Shown: positions 31,965 to 43,043 of the stretch, piece by piece
Layout: each line of letters starts with the position of its first letter
Numbering within the stretch: position 1 is the first letter of the stretch
Assembly: GCA_977017575.1 (NCBI GenBank)
Contig: CDRNVI010000003.1
Location: 620,001 to 684,000, forward strand
From: Paramoeba atlantica
Lineage: Eukaryota > Protista > Discosea
Direction: 5' to 3'
Length of the DNA: 64,000 nucleotides
Made by a program: the position numbers and the translations under genes
The notes under the pieces: model-generated
The model's input: only the letters and a program-made list of their open reading frames with translations
What the model was told of the DNA's origin: nothing
The model's database searches: none

Positions 31965-32369
31965 AGAAAGCACTAAGCAAAACAATATCTTCATTCCCCT
32001 CTTCTATCTGATATTTGATACGTTCAATTCTATGCACATTCAAAATTCATATGAATACTGTATGACCGGTCATAACATAACAAAATTAAATAATCCCACA
32101 ACACTTCTGTCCTCTCCAAGCTTGCGAACGGGTGACGCGGGGACCACACATTCGCTCGTCCTACTTCCATTTACAACCCAATCGCACGTTGATGTATTTC
32201 AGCGGTGCCTACTCCGCCAAAATAAATCATAAGGAAATTCCATATCGCTCACCGTACCCGTGCTTCTCGATATTCACTACTACATTTTTTTTTAATGATT
32301 CTATATAAATAACTATATAAATAAGATTTTTTTTTTTGGTATCGTATCTTCAAATTCAAAGTAAGTCGA

Positions 32370-34814
32370 CTACATGACATCTGCTTTATCCGGGTCTACC
32401 GTGCAGAGTCTACTATAAGGATCGGCCGGATTTTCGCTCGAACAAATATACTGTGCCTGAACGGCGACACCTTTACGCTTTAAGAAATCTAACAACCGGC
32501 GTAGCTCAGAAGTTATACCGTCTGAACGTGACATTTTTCTATTTATCGCAGCAACGCACGAAGTATTGTCAACATACAGGTCGACGCATGTATCCGAGTT
32601 GAAATGATGACCATATTTTTGAAAGGCCAAGCGAACAGCCCGCGCTTCCGCGCGGTTAACTTCATACTCGAAATCAGGGGGCCATTGAGATCCAGTGCAC
32701 AACATTTGTCCGTAATCCAGATATAAAACTGCCCCCCAACCCTTCGAGGAGGCGTCTGTACATAAAATGTGCCGATGCGGAACTGTTTCCGGATGCGGAA
32801 GCGGAACCACCGGCGATCGATATAAAAGGGTATCGCGCCACTCAGTTAGCGCAACCCGTACTGGCGTTGGCAAGGGCACTATTTGATCGAGCAGTTCGGG
32901 TTCTCGATTTAACCTATTGATTCTCCGGCGCACAATTTTTAACTCCAGATGATATTGAGGTAGATTCACACCCATGACACCTGAGGCAAAAACCAGACGT
33001 CCGACACCAGCCTCTAACGATGAATACGTAGCACCAATAAATTCATCACGCTCTAATCTGCGGGTCAATTTTGGTCCCAGTGATACCTTCCCCTCACGAT
33101 GGTGATATGTTATACCGTTGAATGTGTACCGCTGCTCAGGTGGAAGACCATGATCCTTAAACAAGGCATTCACCCGCTCCGCTCTATCGTCCACGAATCG
33201 CGCAAAGTCGTTTGTGATCTTGTCATTCCCTGCAAATCGAATTCCATCGATATAAGTATCGAGGCCTCCATGAAAAAACGCCATTTTGTTCTCACAATAT
33301 TCTCTATCTCCAGCCAGCGTTGCAGTTAATGCGTGCATCAGCTCCGGTGCACACCGGTGGCCCATCGGCATCACCGTCATCTCATACAGGTCCCCCATTT
33401 TATTCACGAAACGAAATTTTTGACGGCATGATAACGGAATTGCGACCTGCCAAAATCCGCACGCGAGATCACGCTTCACCGCACTCTGTTCCTTCGCGCG
33501 GTGTAGATAGAAAGCTGCGTGTCTCACAGGAACATATGGCACATAACTCTCCTTAATCCGCTCATTATCCTCCTGTGTCCATGCAATAAAACGTCTTCTC
33601 TCGGAGCCATCATCGGCCGGTTCAACAACAGTGAAAGGGATTACCCAATCCATCGTGGGGCGACTACTCTCCTGTTCTGCATCCACACGCGAAACGAAAC
33701 CCGCGTCGACCAACTCCTTTACATCTCCCTCCGGCAAGAAAGATCGATATGTGGGAACCCGAGATGCCACCCCTGGTAAAGATAACAACGTATTCCACGT
33801 CTCATCGAATCGAGCTCCCGCAGTCTCATTCATCATATTCCTGAGGGCTTGCACTTCAATGCGTGGAATACCTTTTTTCAGATGCAATGGGATGGAAAAA
33901 TCTTTTGGGAGCGCTACTTTCGAAGTGCGTCGTGTACGTGTGATCGTATGCCGAACTTTCTCGTGAGGAATGTCCTCCAAAAACTTGCGAAAAACAAAAT
34001 CAGCGTCTACATTATGTTTAACCGGCTTGTCGCGTTCTGCGTACCCAGCGCTAGCGCCGTCGTAACGGGGTCTGCATTGTATCTTAGGAGTGACTCCAGC
34101 GACTGATGCTTCGCTAACCGCTGTACTTCCTCGAGGCTCGTACCCCCCTTTGCGACCTCGGCGAACAACTGAGTTATCGCCCCCCTCTTGGCAGAGTGCG
34201 TCCCGAATCTTTCCCCCAAAATGCGCCTTATTTGGCGATCCGCTTCGGATACCGTTGTTCGAGACATTGGCTGGTACCCCCCCAGTCTGGAAATATAGTT
34301 CGCCAGCCGGCTCGTTCCCGGACCTTCCACTACCGTATACATTGACGGGCGGTAAGGATTGAAGCGAGACGTTTTTGTGTGGCGCCCCCACCAAATCACT
34401 ATCCTGGTAGGCGATATCTCGTGAAACTTGTCTCGGGTCAACATTGCCGTCTCTGACCACCGACTTGCTGCCTTCCAACAAAGTAGCAAGGTATGTCTTT
34501 CGCTGTCCGGTAGATGGAGCCACAGTTGATTTAGATCGGTCAGAGTCAATGGGGTCATCTGGCGTAGCGGCTCCGTCGCCCCTTCGGCCATCAATGATTT
34601 TACGTAGAAGCGCAGAGGATTCACCACTTGCCCTGCCAGGTTGAGAATTGATGCAAGGCTGCGTGCGTACGTTAACTTTGCTTGGATTCGAATTGGCAAA
34701 CTTGCGATAAATGCGACCGCGTGAATTGGGGTGACCTCTATTCCCCTCCACTGACAAAACATTGTCAGTCTTTCCCACAAGCGAGCCCTCGCTTGCCACG
34801 TTGTTGTGCTCCAC
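32370..34814 (-). CDS. RT-RNase H ORF of T6, 814 aa
   Basis: KRDLACGFWQV, YIDG, CTDASSKGWG, ENPAD; close relative of the T3 RT. Confidence 0.88.
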   Translation of the reverse strand: MEHNNVASEGSLVGKTDNVLSVEGNRGHPNSRGRIYRKFANSNPSKVNVRTQPCINSQPGRASGESSALLRKIIDGRRGDGAATPDDPIDSDRSKSTVAPSTGQRKTYLATLLEGSKSVVRDGNVDPRQVSRDIAYQDSDLVGAPHKNVSLQSLPPVNVYGSGRSGNEPAGELYFQTGGVPANVSNNGIRSGSPNKAHFGGKIRDALCQEGGDNSVVRRGRKGGYEPRGSTAVSEASVAGVTPKIQCRPRYDGASAGYAERDKPVKHNVDADFVFRKFLEDIPHEKVRHTITRTRRTSKVALPKDFSIPLHLKKGIPRIEVQALRNMMNETAGARFDETWNTLLSLPGVASRVPTYRSFLPEGDVKELVDAGFVSRVDAEQESSRPTMDWVIPFTVVEPADDGSERRRFIAWTQEDNERIKESYVPYVPVRHAAFYLHRAKEQSAVKRDLACGFWQVAIPLSCRQKFRFVNKMGDLYEMTVMPMGHRCAPELMHALTATLAGDREYCENKMAFFHGGLDTYIDGIRFAGNDKITNDFARFVDDRAERVNALFKDHGLPPEQRYTFNGITYHHREGKVSLGPKLTRRLERDEFIGATYSSLEAGVGRLVFASGVMGVNLPQYHLELKIVRRRINRLNREPELLDQIVPLPTPVRVALTEWRDTLLYRSPVVPLPHPETVPHRHILCTDASSKGWGAVLYLDYGQMLCTGSQWPPDFEYEVNRAEARAVRLAFQKYGHHFNSDTCVDLYVDNTSCVAAINRKMSRSDGITSELRRLLDFLKRKGVAVQAQYICSSENPADPYSRLCTVDPDKADVM

Positions 34815-34835
34815 ATCTCTCCCATGGCATCCAAT
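34007..34835 (-). CDS. Tyrosine recombinase of T6 (N-terminus truncated), overlapping RT
   Basis: WKAASRWSE, THSAKRG, AKHQSLESLLRY. The first ~35 aa of the track ORF (to 34936) come from the neighbouring fragment. Confidence 0.8.
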
Positions 34836-35215
34836 GAACTATCCCCTACGAAAGGTACAGTAGTATCTTTCACTACCGTTGAAGAAAGAGACGACGGTGT
34901 CCGACGCAGGTTTATTTGTTGGCCTTGCCAGCACAATGCTTCTTTACAACACAGTTATACGCCGAACGTCCCGATCTCACAGCCGGTAACATATGTAGAG
35001 GCACTGAAGCATGAACAAGGCTTGAAGAGAGATCTCAAATGCAGTTTCTTTCAGGTAGAACTGCCACCAGAAGCGCGTGCGTTTTATCGTTTCCTATATC
35101 ATGATCGTGTATATGAACTGAATCGCATGCCTATGGGTCATGTGTGTGCCCCAGAAATACAGCATTCCATAACTTCCGTGCTAGCAGGCGATACCTCATA
35201 TTGTAATTATATTGC
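34836..35215 (+). pseudogene. YR-element RT fragment, head-to-head with T6
   Basis: RRRFICW, KRDLKCSFFQV, RMPMGHVCAPE. Confidence 0.8.
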
Positions 35216-35216
35216 A

Positions 35217-35321
35217 GTCAGGGCATTCGACTTTTTTGGTCGGATGATGGGGCGTAGCGACCCTAGCTTCCCTTGCTAACTCACCCGGCGTCAGTACAAC
35301 AAGACGCTAAATAACTAGGGT
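35217..35321 (+). repeat. Hairpin block with one complete module (S2-type 5' part)
   Basis: Near-identical to 21609-21711. Confidence 0.85.
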
Positions 35322-35343
35322 AAATAACTAGTATCTGCCACTT

Positions 35344-36248
35344 GTGAAAAAGGAAACTACGACTGGCTCGTCTCCTCGTCTCGTCTGGTCCCATCTCATT
35401 TATTCACCCCTTCTGTTCTTCCCCGACTTGGTCTCCCACACCCCGACATACCGTGCAATCTCCAGTGCCCTGGCTGCAACATTCTCCTTGACTCTTCTTC
35501 AGCTCTGCGACACATCCCCGCGTGCACTAAATGTCCAGGAAACAATGCAACCACGAAACATAATGCCCTGGTTCGTCACGTACACGAGCTCGCGTTGAAG
35601 GCCGGCTTGCCATGTGAAAGAGAACCCCGCCAATTCACCTCATATCGATGTACGGCGTGCTCTGAAAGTTTTGCACCGCACCAAAAGCGCAATCATGAGC
35701 GAAAATGCGGAACAGGAAGGATACAACGCTCCGGACCCGACTTAGTAATATACTGGGCATCTGGCGAGAAATATTACGATCTGACAATTGCTCATGAGTT
35801 AAGCCCCCCCAATCAAGGCAAGCGCGGCCATCGCTTGATGCAAGATGCGATCAAACGAAAGCAAGTAACGTACGTCAATTCGGGTTTAATGCCGGGAAAC
35901 AAATTTGAATGCCTTCCCTTGCTTTCCGGTGGAGCGCTGCATCGCAATACAGAAAATCTTCTCAAGACGCTGGCGGATAGGGGCCAACTTCCGCGTATGT
36001 CCGTGATTTCAGAATTCAAATTGTATCTACAGGAGTTAAACGGGGCAGCTGCCCACTCGCAGCTTCGGCAATACCTTCCTCACAAGAACAGTGGGGAGGA
36101 CTACGGGTTTTAAAGGTTTTTCAAAAGTTCAAGGTCATAGTGGTTGGCAGATTTGGATGGAGAGGTAGGATTTAGAGTTAAACCCAATGAGACTCAACGG
36201 GAATTGGCAATTGACCATGAGCCGGCGTAAAAAAAAAATAAAAAAAAA
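35344..36248 (+). pseudogene. 3' end of a CRE-B element: frameshifted ZnF-REL region, 3' UTR and poly(A)
   Basis: CPGC..H..C..C, KH..LV, CEREPR, SGPD, YYDLT; A-run at ~36229-36248. Confidence 0.8.
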
Positions 36249-36481
36249 TTGGGGTATTCCTTTACTCCTACAGAATTTCGAACCTTGGCCCGCTGGTGGT
36301 TAGGGGTCGACGTCTACCCTGAAGAAGGGAAATGCCCTATGCCGAAATGTTCTCTCTCACTGGACACCAAAGGGGACCACGCATTGTCCTGCAAACACGG
36401 CAATGGATTTATCACGAGGCATAATGCCGTGGCAGATCAGTTCACGGACCTTTGCAGCAGAGCCAAACTGGCCCCACAACG
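36249..36481 (+). pseudogene. Internal CRE-A fragment (ZnF-RHN)
   Basis: FTPTEFRTLARWWLG..CPMPKC..H..C..TRHNA; overlaps in sequence with 43237-43295. Confidence 0.8.
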
Positions 36482-38254
36482 GGCCCATCCATTTCACATG
36501 ATGCAATTGCGGAAGCCTTGAAGGCCTTTTCTGTACCGCCCATATTGAGCCGAATGATACTCGCACCTTACGCTTCACCTGTAGGCTTTGTGAGATCACC
36601 TTTTGGAAACACGGATAACTTTAACATCTCGTCTGGGGTGTTGCAGGGTGATGTTCTGGCCCCGTTTCTCTTTGTCATGTGCTTGGATAGATTGCTACAT
36701 GAGAGTATGCAAAACCCAAATTTTGGACTTACCTTATTTCGATCTGGAACGAAAAGCAGAGGAAGACAAATTATGCGCCTCAGAGACATCGATTACGCCG
36801 ATGATGTTGCCCTTTTCGCTGGTTCGCGAGAAACTCTACAGGACATGATGTTGTCATTAATGAATGAAGCAGCGAAGGCGGGCATGAAGCTCAATATAGG
36901 AACTACAAAGACAGCATGGATGGGCGTCGGCAAGAAACTGAAATTAAATGAAAGCGGTGATATTTATTTACCGGAGCACGGCCTTATACCTTATGTGGAG
37001 GCGTATAAATATCTAGGACACATGAAATATGCGCATACTTCGTCGCTCACTCTCCAAGAACGCGTGAAACTTGCATGGAAAGCTTTTCACAGACTTAAGC
37101 CTCTCTGGAATCACCATATAAATGTTCTGCTTCGCTTGCGATTGTTCGAAGCCCTTGTCGGAAGTGTGTTGTCATACGGATCAGCGTCGCTTGTTCCGAC
37201 ACTAACCGAACTGAGAGAAACGGATGTCGAGGTAAATAAGATGAGACGTTTAGCAACAGGCACACCACTATGGAACGGGCACGAAAATACACCGACATCT
37301 GCGCTGTATAGAGGCGACTCCAAGTTTTCTACGCAGTTACGCGTCAGCAGGGCAAAGCTTGTAGGACATTTATTGCGGCACGACTCGCCATTTCAAGAAC
37401 TAATTCTCTTTCTGAGATCTGCGCTGATGATTTGGGCATCGACATTTTGGAGATGAGCGAAGCAGCTTCGAACAGGGAACTGTGGCGCTCTCTTGTAGCC
37501 AATCTGAAAACCAAACTTGATGATGTACCAACTTACGTACCTTACACTAGTAAAGCACGCAATGCTCATCGCATACTAAGCACAAGAATCAACGAACATG
37601 ACAAATGGGCTAGACTCCAATTTCAGGAAGAAAGTGTCGCAGTATGGCCTGAAGGAGATTTGACACACGTGTATTGCGATGGTTCCGTGCAAAAATCGGG
37701 AACTTTGTACGTCAGTGGGGCAGGCGTCGCCCTGTTTCAGGGTGGGAGCTGCGTACTCCAAGAAAGCGTAAAACTGGACTCTGTGAATAACACGTCTTCG
37801 CGTGCAGAATTGTGTGCGTTTTCCAGGGCATTGTCAATCGGACAACAGAGATCTCAAATATGCGTTATCCACGTAGACTCTGAATATGTTTGGAAATTCT
37901 GGCATTATTGGCGCATAGCATATCAACTGGATGGATATTCTGATTTAGAGAACGTTGATCTGTTGCGTACAATTGGGGCCAAAGCCAAACACATACTGAA
38001 AGCGCACACAATTCTAGTCATCAAAGTCAGGGCTCACTGTGGAAACATTCGCAATGAATTGGTTGATAGATTGGCATCTCACGCGTCAAAGAGCAACATA
38101 TCGCTGTTAACGCAAGAGACAATTTTTGAACTACCCAATGTAAACATAAGCGTAGTTGAAGTTGCATCAGAGCATAAGCAAGAGGAATGTAAACACAAGT
38201 GTAAGAACAAAAGCACGTGCGGTCACAAATGTTGCAAGCGGCATCTCCCTGTCT
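36482..38254 (+). pseudogene. 5'-truncated RTE/RTEX-like RT followed by RNase H and a CxHxC..CxHxCC finger; frameshift near 37430
   Basis: GVLQGDVLAPFLF, YADD, YKYLG, thumb AASNRELWR. RNase H YCDGS, SRAEL, HVDSEY, KVRAH.GN.RNELVD.LA. Terminal CKHKCKNKSTCGHKCCK. Confidence 0.8.
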
Positions 38255-38282
38255 ATAAAGATACAGTTTCCGTACCTTGTTG
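38255..38282 (+). other. SL relic (nt 10-37, one mismatch) heading the two-ORF element
   Basis: ATAAAGATACAGTTTCCGTACCTTGTTG followed by AATT. Confidence 0.8.
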
Positions 38283-38642
38283 AATTAATTTTCATCTTTT
38301 GTACTAACTGTTATCACCCCTACAGGGGCATGTCACTCCACACCACTACCTCTGCCCCCCAGGCGCAAGGCGACCTCCCTCGAGGATCTGCTGGCGCAAA
38401 ACCTTCACGCAAGCATACCTTCAACTTCACACAAAAAAGTGCGATTTCTGTAAAAATAAGACACTCAACTTCCACATCATGGCTCTATTTCCCTGACATC
38501 CACGCGGCGGCTTGTTTTCTAACCAAGAAGAGGCACTTCAATGCCGAAATTTCAGCGGAACTTTCCTTAGCACGAACCCTTCGAAACAGGAGCAAAGCGG
38601 TCTGATGGTATATTAGTAGAAAAATGCACTTTACAAGACGTA

Positions 38643-40187
38643 ATGAACGAGGAAGCATGCGAACATTTCGTATTCCGCGAAATTGCACCGCCACACAGGA
38701 TATTCCGGCACACTAGCTGGGCGACAGCACACGCAGACGCATCTCTACAGCTAAATAAACAGTACTCTTGTCCTGGAACCCTTGGACGCGCCATCAAGAA
38801 GAAACTGGCTGGGAACAACATCTCGGGACTTGCGGCGTTCGACCTAACCCACGTCCACACTAAGGAAGTACACGATGAAGGCTCTTGGGAAAGAACTAGG
38901 ATTGAGTACGGCGAACCTTTCCTGATCCGGAAGCCCAACCAGGCGGCGGCACAAGGAACGCGGACAGTGCGGCAACAACCTTGTGCCCACCGCTGCTTGA
39001 ATAAACGCACCTGTCTCCACCCGTGTTGCAAAGTTGGGATGGAACCCGAGCTCACCAACAATCGTCCAGAGGAACCGGGTGGCCACGCACCAAACAGAAG
39101 TCATCCGCTGCCTCGTACAACGGACGAACCAACCCCCAACCACGAAGCTCGACCCAGCCGTACTCAACCGTGTGCTCATCGATGTTTGAACAAGCGCATA
39201 TGCCTCCACCAATGTTGCAAGATCAGTATTGACCCCGAACCTATGGACCACCCCTCACCTCACCCAGATATGCAGAGAGCAGATAGTGCAATCCAAAAGT
39301 CTGATGCCAGGCCTGATGCTACACCATGGCTTCGAGATGAACAAACGTCTAGCACATGCGCGACACCTCGACGATCATGTAAACACATTTGCCAAAACAA
39401 GCAACAATGTAAGCACATGTGTTGCAAGATTGGGGTAAAGATCGACCCTAAAAGACTTGAATCCTTAAACGAAGAAACAACAGTAATTGCGACCCCTCCC
39501 TCACCTGCCCCACGCACTCAAACACCGCCAGACAGAAATCTGCATCACATAACAACGTCGGAAGAACAAGAACTCTCGCGCAGGCCCTGCAAGCACGTAT
39601 GCCGCAACAAGGCCGAATGCAAACACCAATGTTGTAAGGAGGGAGTACTCAGCCGCCCTCAGGACGCTCGGCAGGAACCCACCCGCTGGAGCCTACGCAA
39701 CCTCTTCTCGTGGAATCTGTCTAACAACGAGACAAACGGACAAGCACCTGCTGGTCACAGCGAAAGATCCGTATCTTCTGAGCCTCAAAGACAGGTAGAA
39801 ACCAAAATAGGTGCCGCACGGAGTTCACCACGAGATCAGCGCCACGAAAGACGCTTCACAAATGCCTCCGAAGAAACCCGCATCAATCAGTCTCCACGAC
39901 AACCAGCACATCCACCGGTGAACAACGTAACCTCGGAACCAGCGCCAACCTTCGGAACTGAAAGTAACACACAGACGCTTACCCAGACTCTCCCACCGCG
40001 GGGCGGACCACGGCAGACCCACGGGCCGAATGACAGCACGATCCTGAACTCACAGAGGAATAGATCTCGAAATGAAAACATATTAGACACCGAGACGGCT
40101 GAATACTTGTTAAGCACCATGCGTACGATCGAAGGAGGGCGGGTCATGATAAGCCTCTCACAGGACCAATGGCAGCTGGCAATATAG
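38643..40187 (+). CDS. ORF1, 514 aa, with four CxHxCxNKxxCxHxCCK fingers
   Basis: CAHRCLNKRTCLHPCCK, CAHRCLNKRICLHQCCK, CKHICQNKQQCKHMCCK, CKHVCRNKAECKHQCCK separated by P/S/T-rich linkers. Confidence 0.75.
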   Translation: MNEEACEHFVFREIAPPHRIFRHTSWATAHADASLQLNKQYSCPGTLGRAIKKKLAGNNISGLAAFDLTHVHTKEVHDEGSWERTRIEYGEPFLIRKPNQAAAQGTRTVRQQPCAHRCLNKRTCLHPCCKVGMEPELTNNRPEEPGGHAPNRSHPLPRTTDEPTPNHEARPSRTQPCAHRCLNKRICLHQCCKISIDPEPMDHPSPHPDMQRADSAIQKSDARPDATPWLRDEQTSSTCATPRRSCKHICQNKQQCKHMCCKIGVKIDPKRLESLNEETTVIATPPSPAPRTQTPPDRNLHHITTSEEQELSRRPCKHVCRNKAECKHQCCKEGVLSRPQDARQEPTRWSLRNLFSWNLSNNETNGQAPAGHSERSVSSEPQRQVETKIGAARSSPRDQRHERRFTNASEETRINQSPRQPAHPPVNNVTSEPAPTFGTESNTQTLTQTLPPRGGPRQTHGPNDSTILNSQRNRSRNENILDTETAEYLLSTMRTIEGGRVMISLSQDQWQLAI

Positions 40188-40193
40188 AAGGCC

Positions 40194-43043
40194 ATGGATA
40201 GATGTAAAAAGTACTTAAAGCCTGCATCAACCCCGAGCGAAGCCCTACTACATACGGAATTACTGACAGCTTGCATGGCGGTCTCGGTTTATGAAGTTGT
40301 ACGGGAACTCGACCCCACCAAAGGGTTCAAATTGCGCTCCAAAATTGGCCATGCGAAACGCCCCACACGACCCCTTAGCTATGACCGCTCTGCGAAGCAA
40401 CTAGCAGGACACATCCGTCAACTGAAACGTACTCTTTCCTTTACCCACGGACGCTCAGAAAGGGACCGCTTGATCGGCAACATAAAAGAAGCGACCAAAG
40501 CGCATAAGCTGTACACGGAAGAAGCGAAACTAGTCAAACAAGAACGAGAGAAACGCTGGATGATGGACAGGTTCCAAAGAAACCCTTGGACAGCAGCCGG
40601 AGAGTGTCTTGACAAGAACGAGCAACTGGTAAATCAGCCGGCAACCTTTCCAGACTGCTCGCAAGCAGCTATCGAAACATTTTTCCAAGAATCGTTAAGC
40701 ACAGACACGGAAGATCATAGTCTACCTCCAACAAACCTCCTTGGCCTGGATCTAGAGAATGCAATGGAATGGGAAGCAATCGACGTACCAACCATAGCAG
40801 TGGCAATCTCCTCGAAACGCCCCTCGGCTGCCCCAGGCTCCGATACCGTGGGAAACGCATTTCTTCGACGCTGCGAAGAGCTCTACCCGTTCATCGCGCA
40901 AGTCTTCAATGACGTACTGAAGCATTCGGTCAGCCCTCCCTATTGGAAACAGGCCGTCACCCGACTCATTCACAAAGGCGGAGCTCCCAACCAATTGTCC
41001 AACTGGAGACCCATCAGTCTTACGAGCTGCCTTGGTAAGTTACTCCACTCCATTATTGGCCACAGAATCTTGAGCCATGCTGTGACGACAGGAATAATTG
41101 ACACAACCATACAAAAAGGATTTTTGCCAAACGTAAATGGAACTATCGAGCATACCCAGTCACTCTGTGAACTATTGGACTTTCAACGACAGCATAAACG
41201 ACAATACTGCCTTGGTCAATTTGACTTAAAGAACGCGTTTGGTTCTCTCCCACACTCCATTCTCTTTCAAGTCCTAACGTGGGCAAAGGTATCACCTCAA
41301 ATCATCGCGTACATCCGCTCCCTATACCATGATGCGACTATCCGGATCAAATGTTCGGAAGGGCTGACCAAACACATCCCCGTCAAACGAGGTGTTCTCC
41401 AGGGCGACACACTATCCCCCGTACTATTCAATCTCGCCATGGAAGTGGTTCTACGATATCTCCGATCGAGCTTCCCTAGCTATGGTATTAAATGGGGCAA
41501 CCAAGAGTCGTTCTTAAAAGCCTTTGCAGACGATCTGGCTATCATCACGAACTCGGCTGAAGAAATGCAACACGTGACGAACGCCCTGGTGAACATGCTT
41601 TCCAGGTTAGGCATGCGCCTTAACGTACCGAAATGTCGTCTCCAACACATGTCTGTAGCAGAAGGCGGATATAAGACCCACAGACCCCGTATCTTGGCAT
41701 ACGGTGAGAGTATTCCCAACGTTTGCGACAAAGGAAGTCAGTTCCTAGGTATGACACTCGCGCCGGGGGCCCAACAAGGGAAAGTACTGTTCAAAAGTCT
41801 CCTAAAGCAGCTACGATTTTGGTTGAACAATGTATCCAATAGTGCCCTAGATACCCCCGCTCGTCTCTGGGCCTATAATAACGTAATCATATCTCGCCTG
41901 CGATATGTGCTCACGGTCAATCCAGGAATCACACTAAACTTTATCCTTCGACTACAAAAATATGCGACGAGACACATTCGAAAATGGATAAACATGGCCA
42001 AAACAGCTACGAGCGAAGTTCTGTACTCTGAACGCGGCTGGGCTCTCACCAGCCTGTCTAAGCTTTGGTTACTCTGCACAGGCACAGCAGTTGAACAGAT
42101 GAAAAAATCTCGTGATCCAGCAGTGCAACAAGCGCTGAGATATCGCATCCGTCGTGAACACGACAAACGTTCTTCCGGACAAGTGCGACCAGTCGTCGAG
42201 TTGTACGACCGCAGTGGAAATCACGCATCGACACGGCAATACATTGAACATGAATACGAAAGACATCTCTCAGAAGCTGTGCAGCGTCGAGCACCAATCG
42301 CGGGGCAGTGGTTTCGCATGGCTACAGAAGACGACCTCGCGAAAGACTTCGCTGCTGCTCTGTGCAATATTAAAAGTACGTCGCTCTCCAGATTTGCTTC
42401 ATCTGTTCTGACACAGACACCGCTTCCGACCCGATCCGCCTTACACCGCTGGGGCCTCAGTTCCCACACGAACCGTAAATGCCCCATTTGCACAGAAGAC
42501 GTACAAACTGTGCGCCACGTTCTAACAGGCTGCAAGGCCGCCCTGCAACAGGGGCGGTATACCTTCCGTCACAACCTCATTCTACACGCCCTTGCAGATG
42601 CTATTCGACAATCCCCCGAAACCGCACAGTATCACTTTGACCTCGCTCACCATCAGAATCCGCCAACCTGGCTGAGCGGGCAAGAAACGTCCCTCCGACC
42701 TGATGGATGGGTCCAACTTAAGAACGGTTCTGAGTTCATACTCGAACTGACATCTCCGTGGGAGGAAAATTTTATCTCCTCACACGAACGGAAGATGCAG
42801 AAGTATGGACATATGTATCTACAACGGAAAATGTCGAACCCAGCCACTTTTCTCCTGGCCATTGAAGTAGGTGCCAGGGGAAAGCTCAACAGCTCAACTC
42901 GAGCACTGAACTCCCTTTTTGGTGGAAACAAGGCCACCGCCTCGCGATGTCGTCAGCATATGGTAACAAGAGCCCTTAGTGGCAGTTTCAAAATTTTTAA
43001 TAATCGCGACATTGAGCAGTGGAGTGAGGGCACGTGCTGGTGA
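40194..43043 (+). CDS. ORF2 RT-CCHC-REL, 949 aa
   Basis: NWRPISL, QKGF, DLKNAFGS, GVLQGDTLSP, FADD, GWAL, CPIC..H...C, RHN, RPDG..LELTSPWE..K..KY. Confidence 0.9.
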   Translation: MDRCKKYLKPASTPSEALLHTELLTACMAVSVYEVVRELDPTKGFKLRSKIGHAKRPTRPLSYDRSAKQLAGHIRQLKRTLSFTHGRSERDRLIGNIKEATKAHKLYTEEAKLVKQEREKRWMMDRFQRNPWTAAGECLDKNEQLVNQPATFPDCSQAAIETFFQESLSTDTEDHSLPPTNLLGLDLENAMEWEAIDVPTIAVAISSKRPSAAPGSDTVGNAFLRRCEELYPFIAQVFNDVLKHSVSPPYWKQAVTRLIHKGGAPNQLSNWRPISLTSCLGKLLHSIIGHRILSHAVTTGIIDTTIQKGFLPNVNGTIEHTQSLCELLDFQRQHKRQYCLGQFDLKNAFGSLPHSILFQVLTWAKVSPQIIAYIRSLYHDATIRIKCSEGLTKHIPVKRGVLQGDTLSPVLFNLAMEVVLRYLRSSFPSYGIKWGNQESFLKAFADDLAIITNSAEEMQHVTNALVNMLSRLGMRLNVPKCRLQHMSVAEGGYKTHRPRILAYGESIPNVCDKGSQFLGMTLAPGAQQGKVLFKSLLKQLRFWLNNVSNSALDTPARLWAYNNVIISRLRYVLTVNPGITLNFILRLQKYATRHIRKWINMAKTATSEVLYSERGWALTSLSKLWLLCTGTAVEQMKKSRDPAVQQALRYRIRREHDKRSSGQVRPVVELYDRSGNHASTRQYIEHEYERHLSEAVQRRAPIAGQWFRMATEDDLAKDFAAALCNIKSTSLSRFASSVLTQTPLPTRSALHRWGLSSHTNRKCPICTEDVQTVRHVLTGCKAALQQGRYTFRHNLILHALADAIRQSPETAQYHFDLAHHQNPPTWLSGQETSLRPDGWVQLKNGSEFILELTSPWEENFISSHERKMQKYGHMYLQRKMSNPATFLLAIEVGARGKLNSSTRALNSLFGGNKATASRCRQHMVTRALSGSFKIFNNRDIEQWSEGTCW

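Larger units (their letters stand above)
30905..34835 (-). mobile_element. YR retrotransposon T6, 5'-truncated, with a B1-A2-B2-like 3' end
   Basis: RT-RNase H and YR ORFs. A ~210-bp block occurs at 30905-31113 and at 31364-32143 (MITE-interrupted); the spacer resembles the 5' terminus of T3 (17280-17349). Confidence 0.85.
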
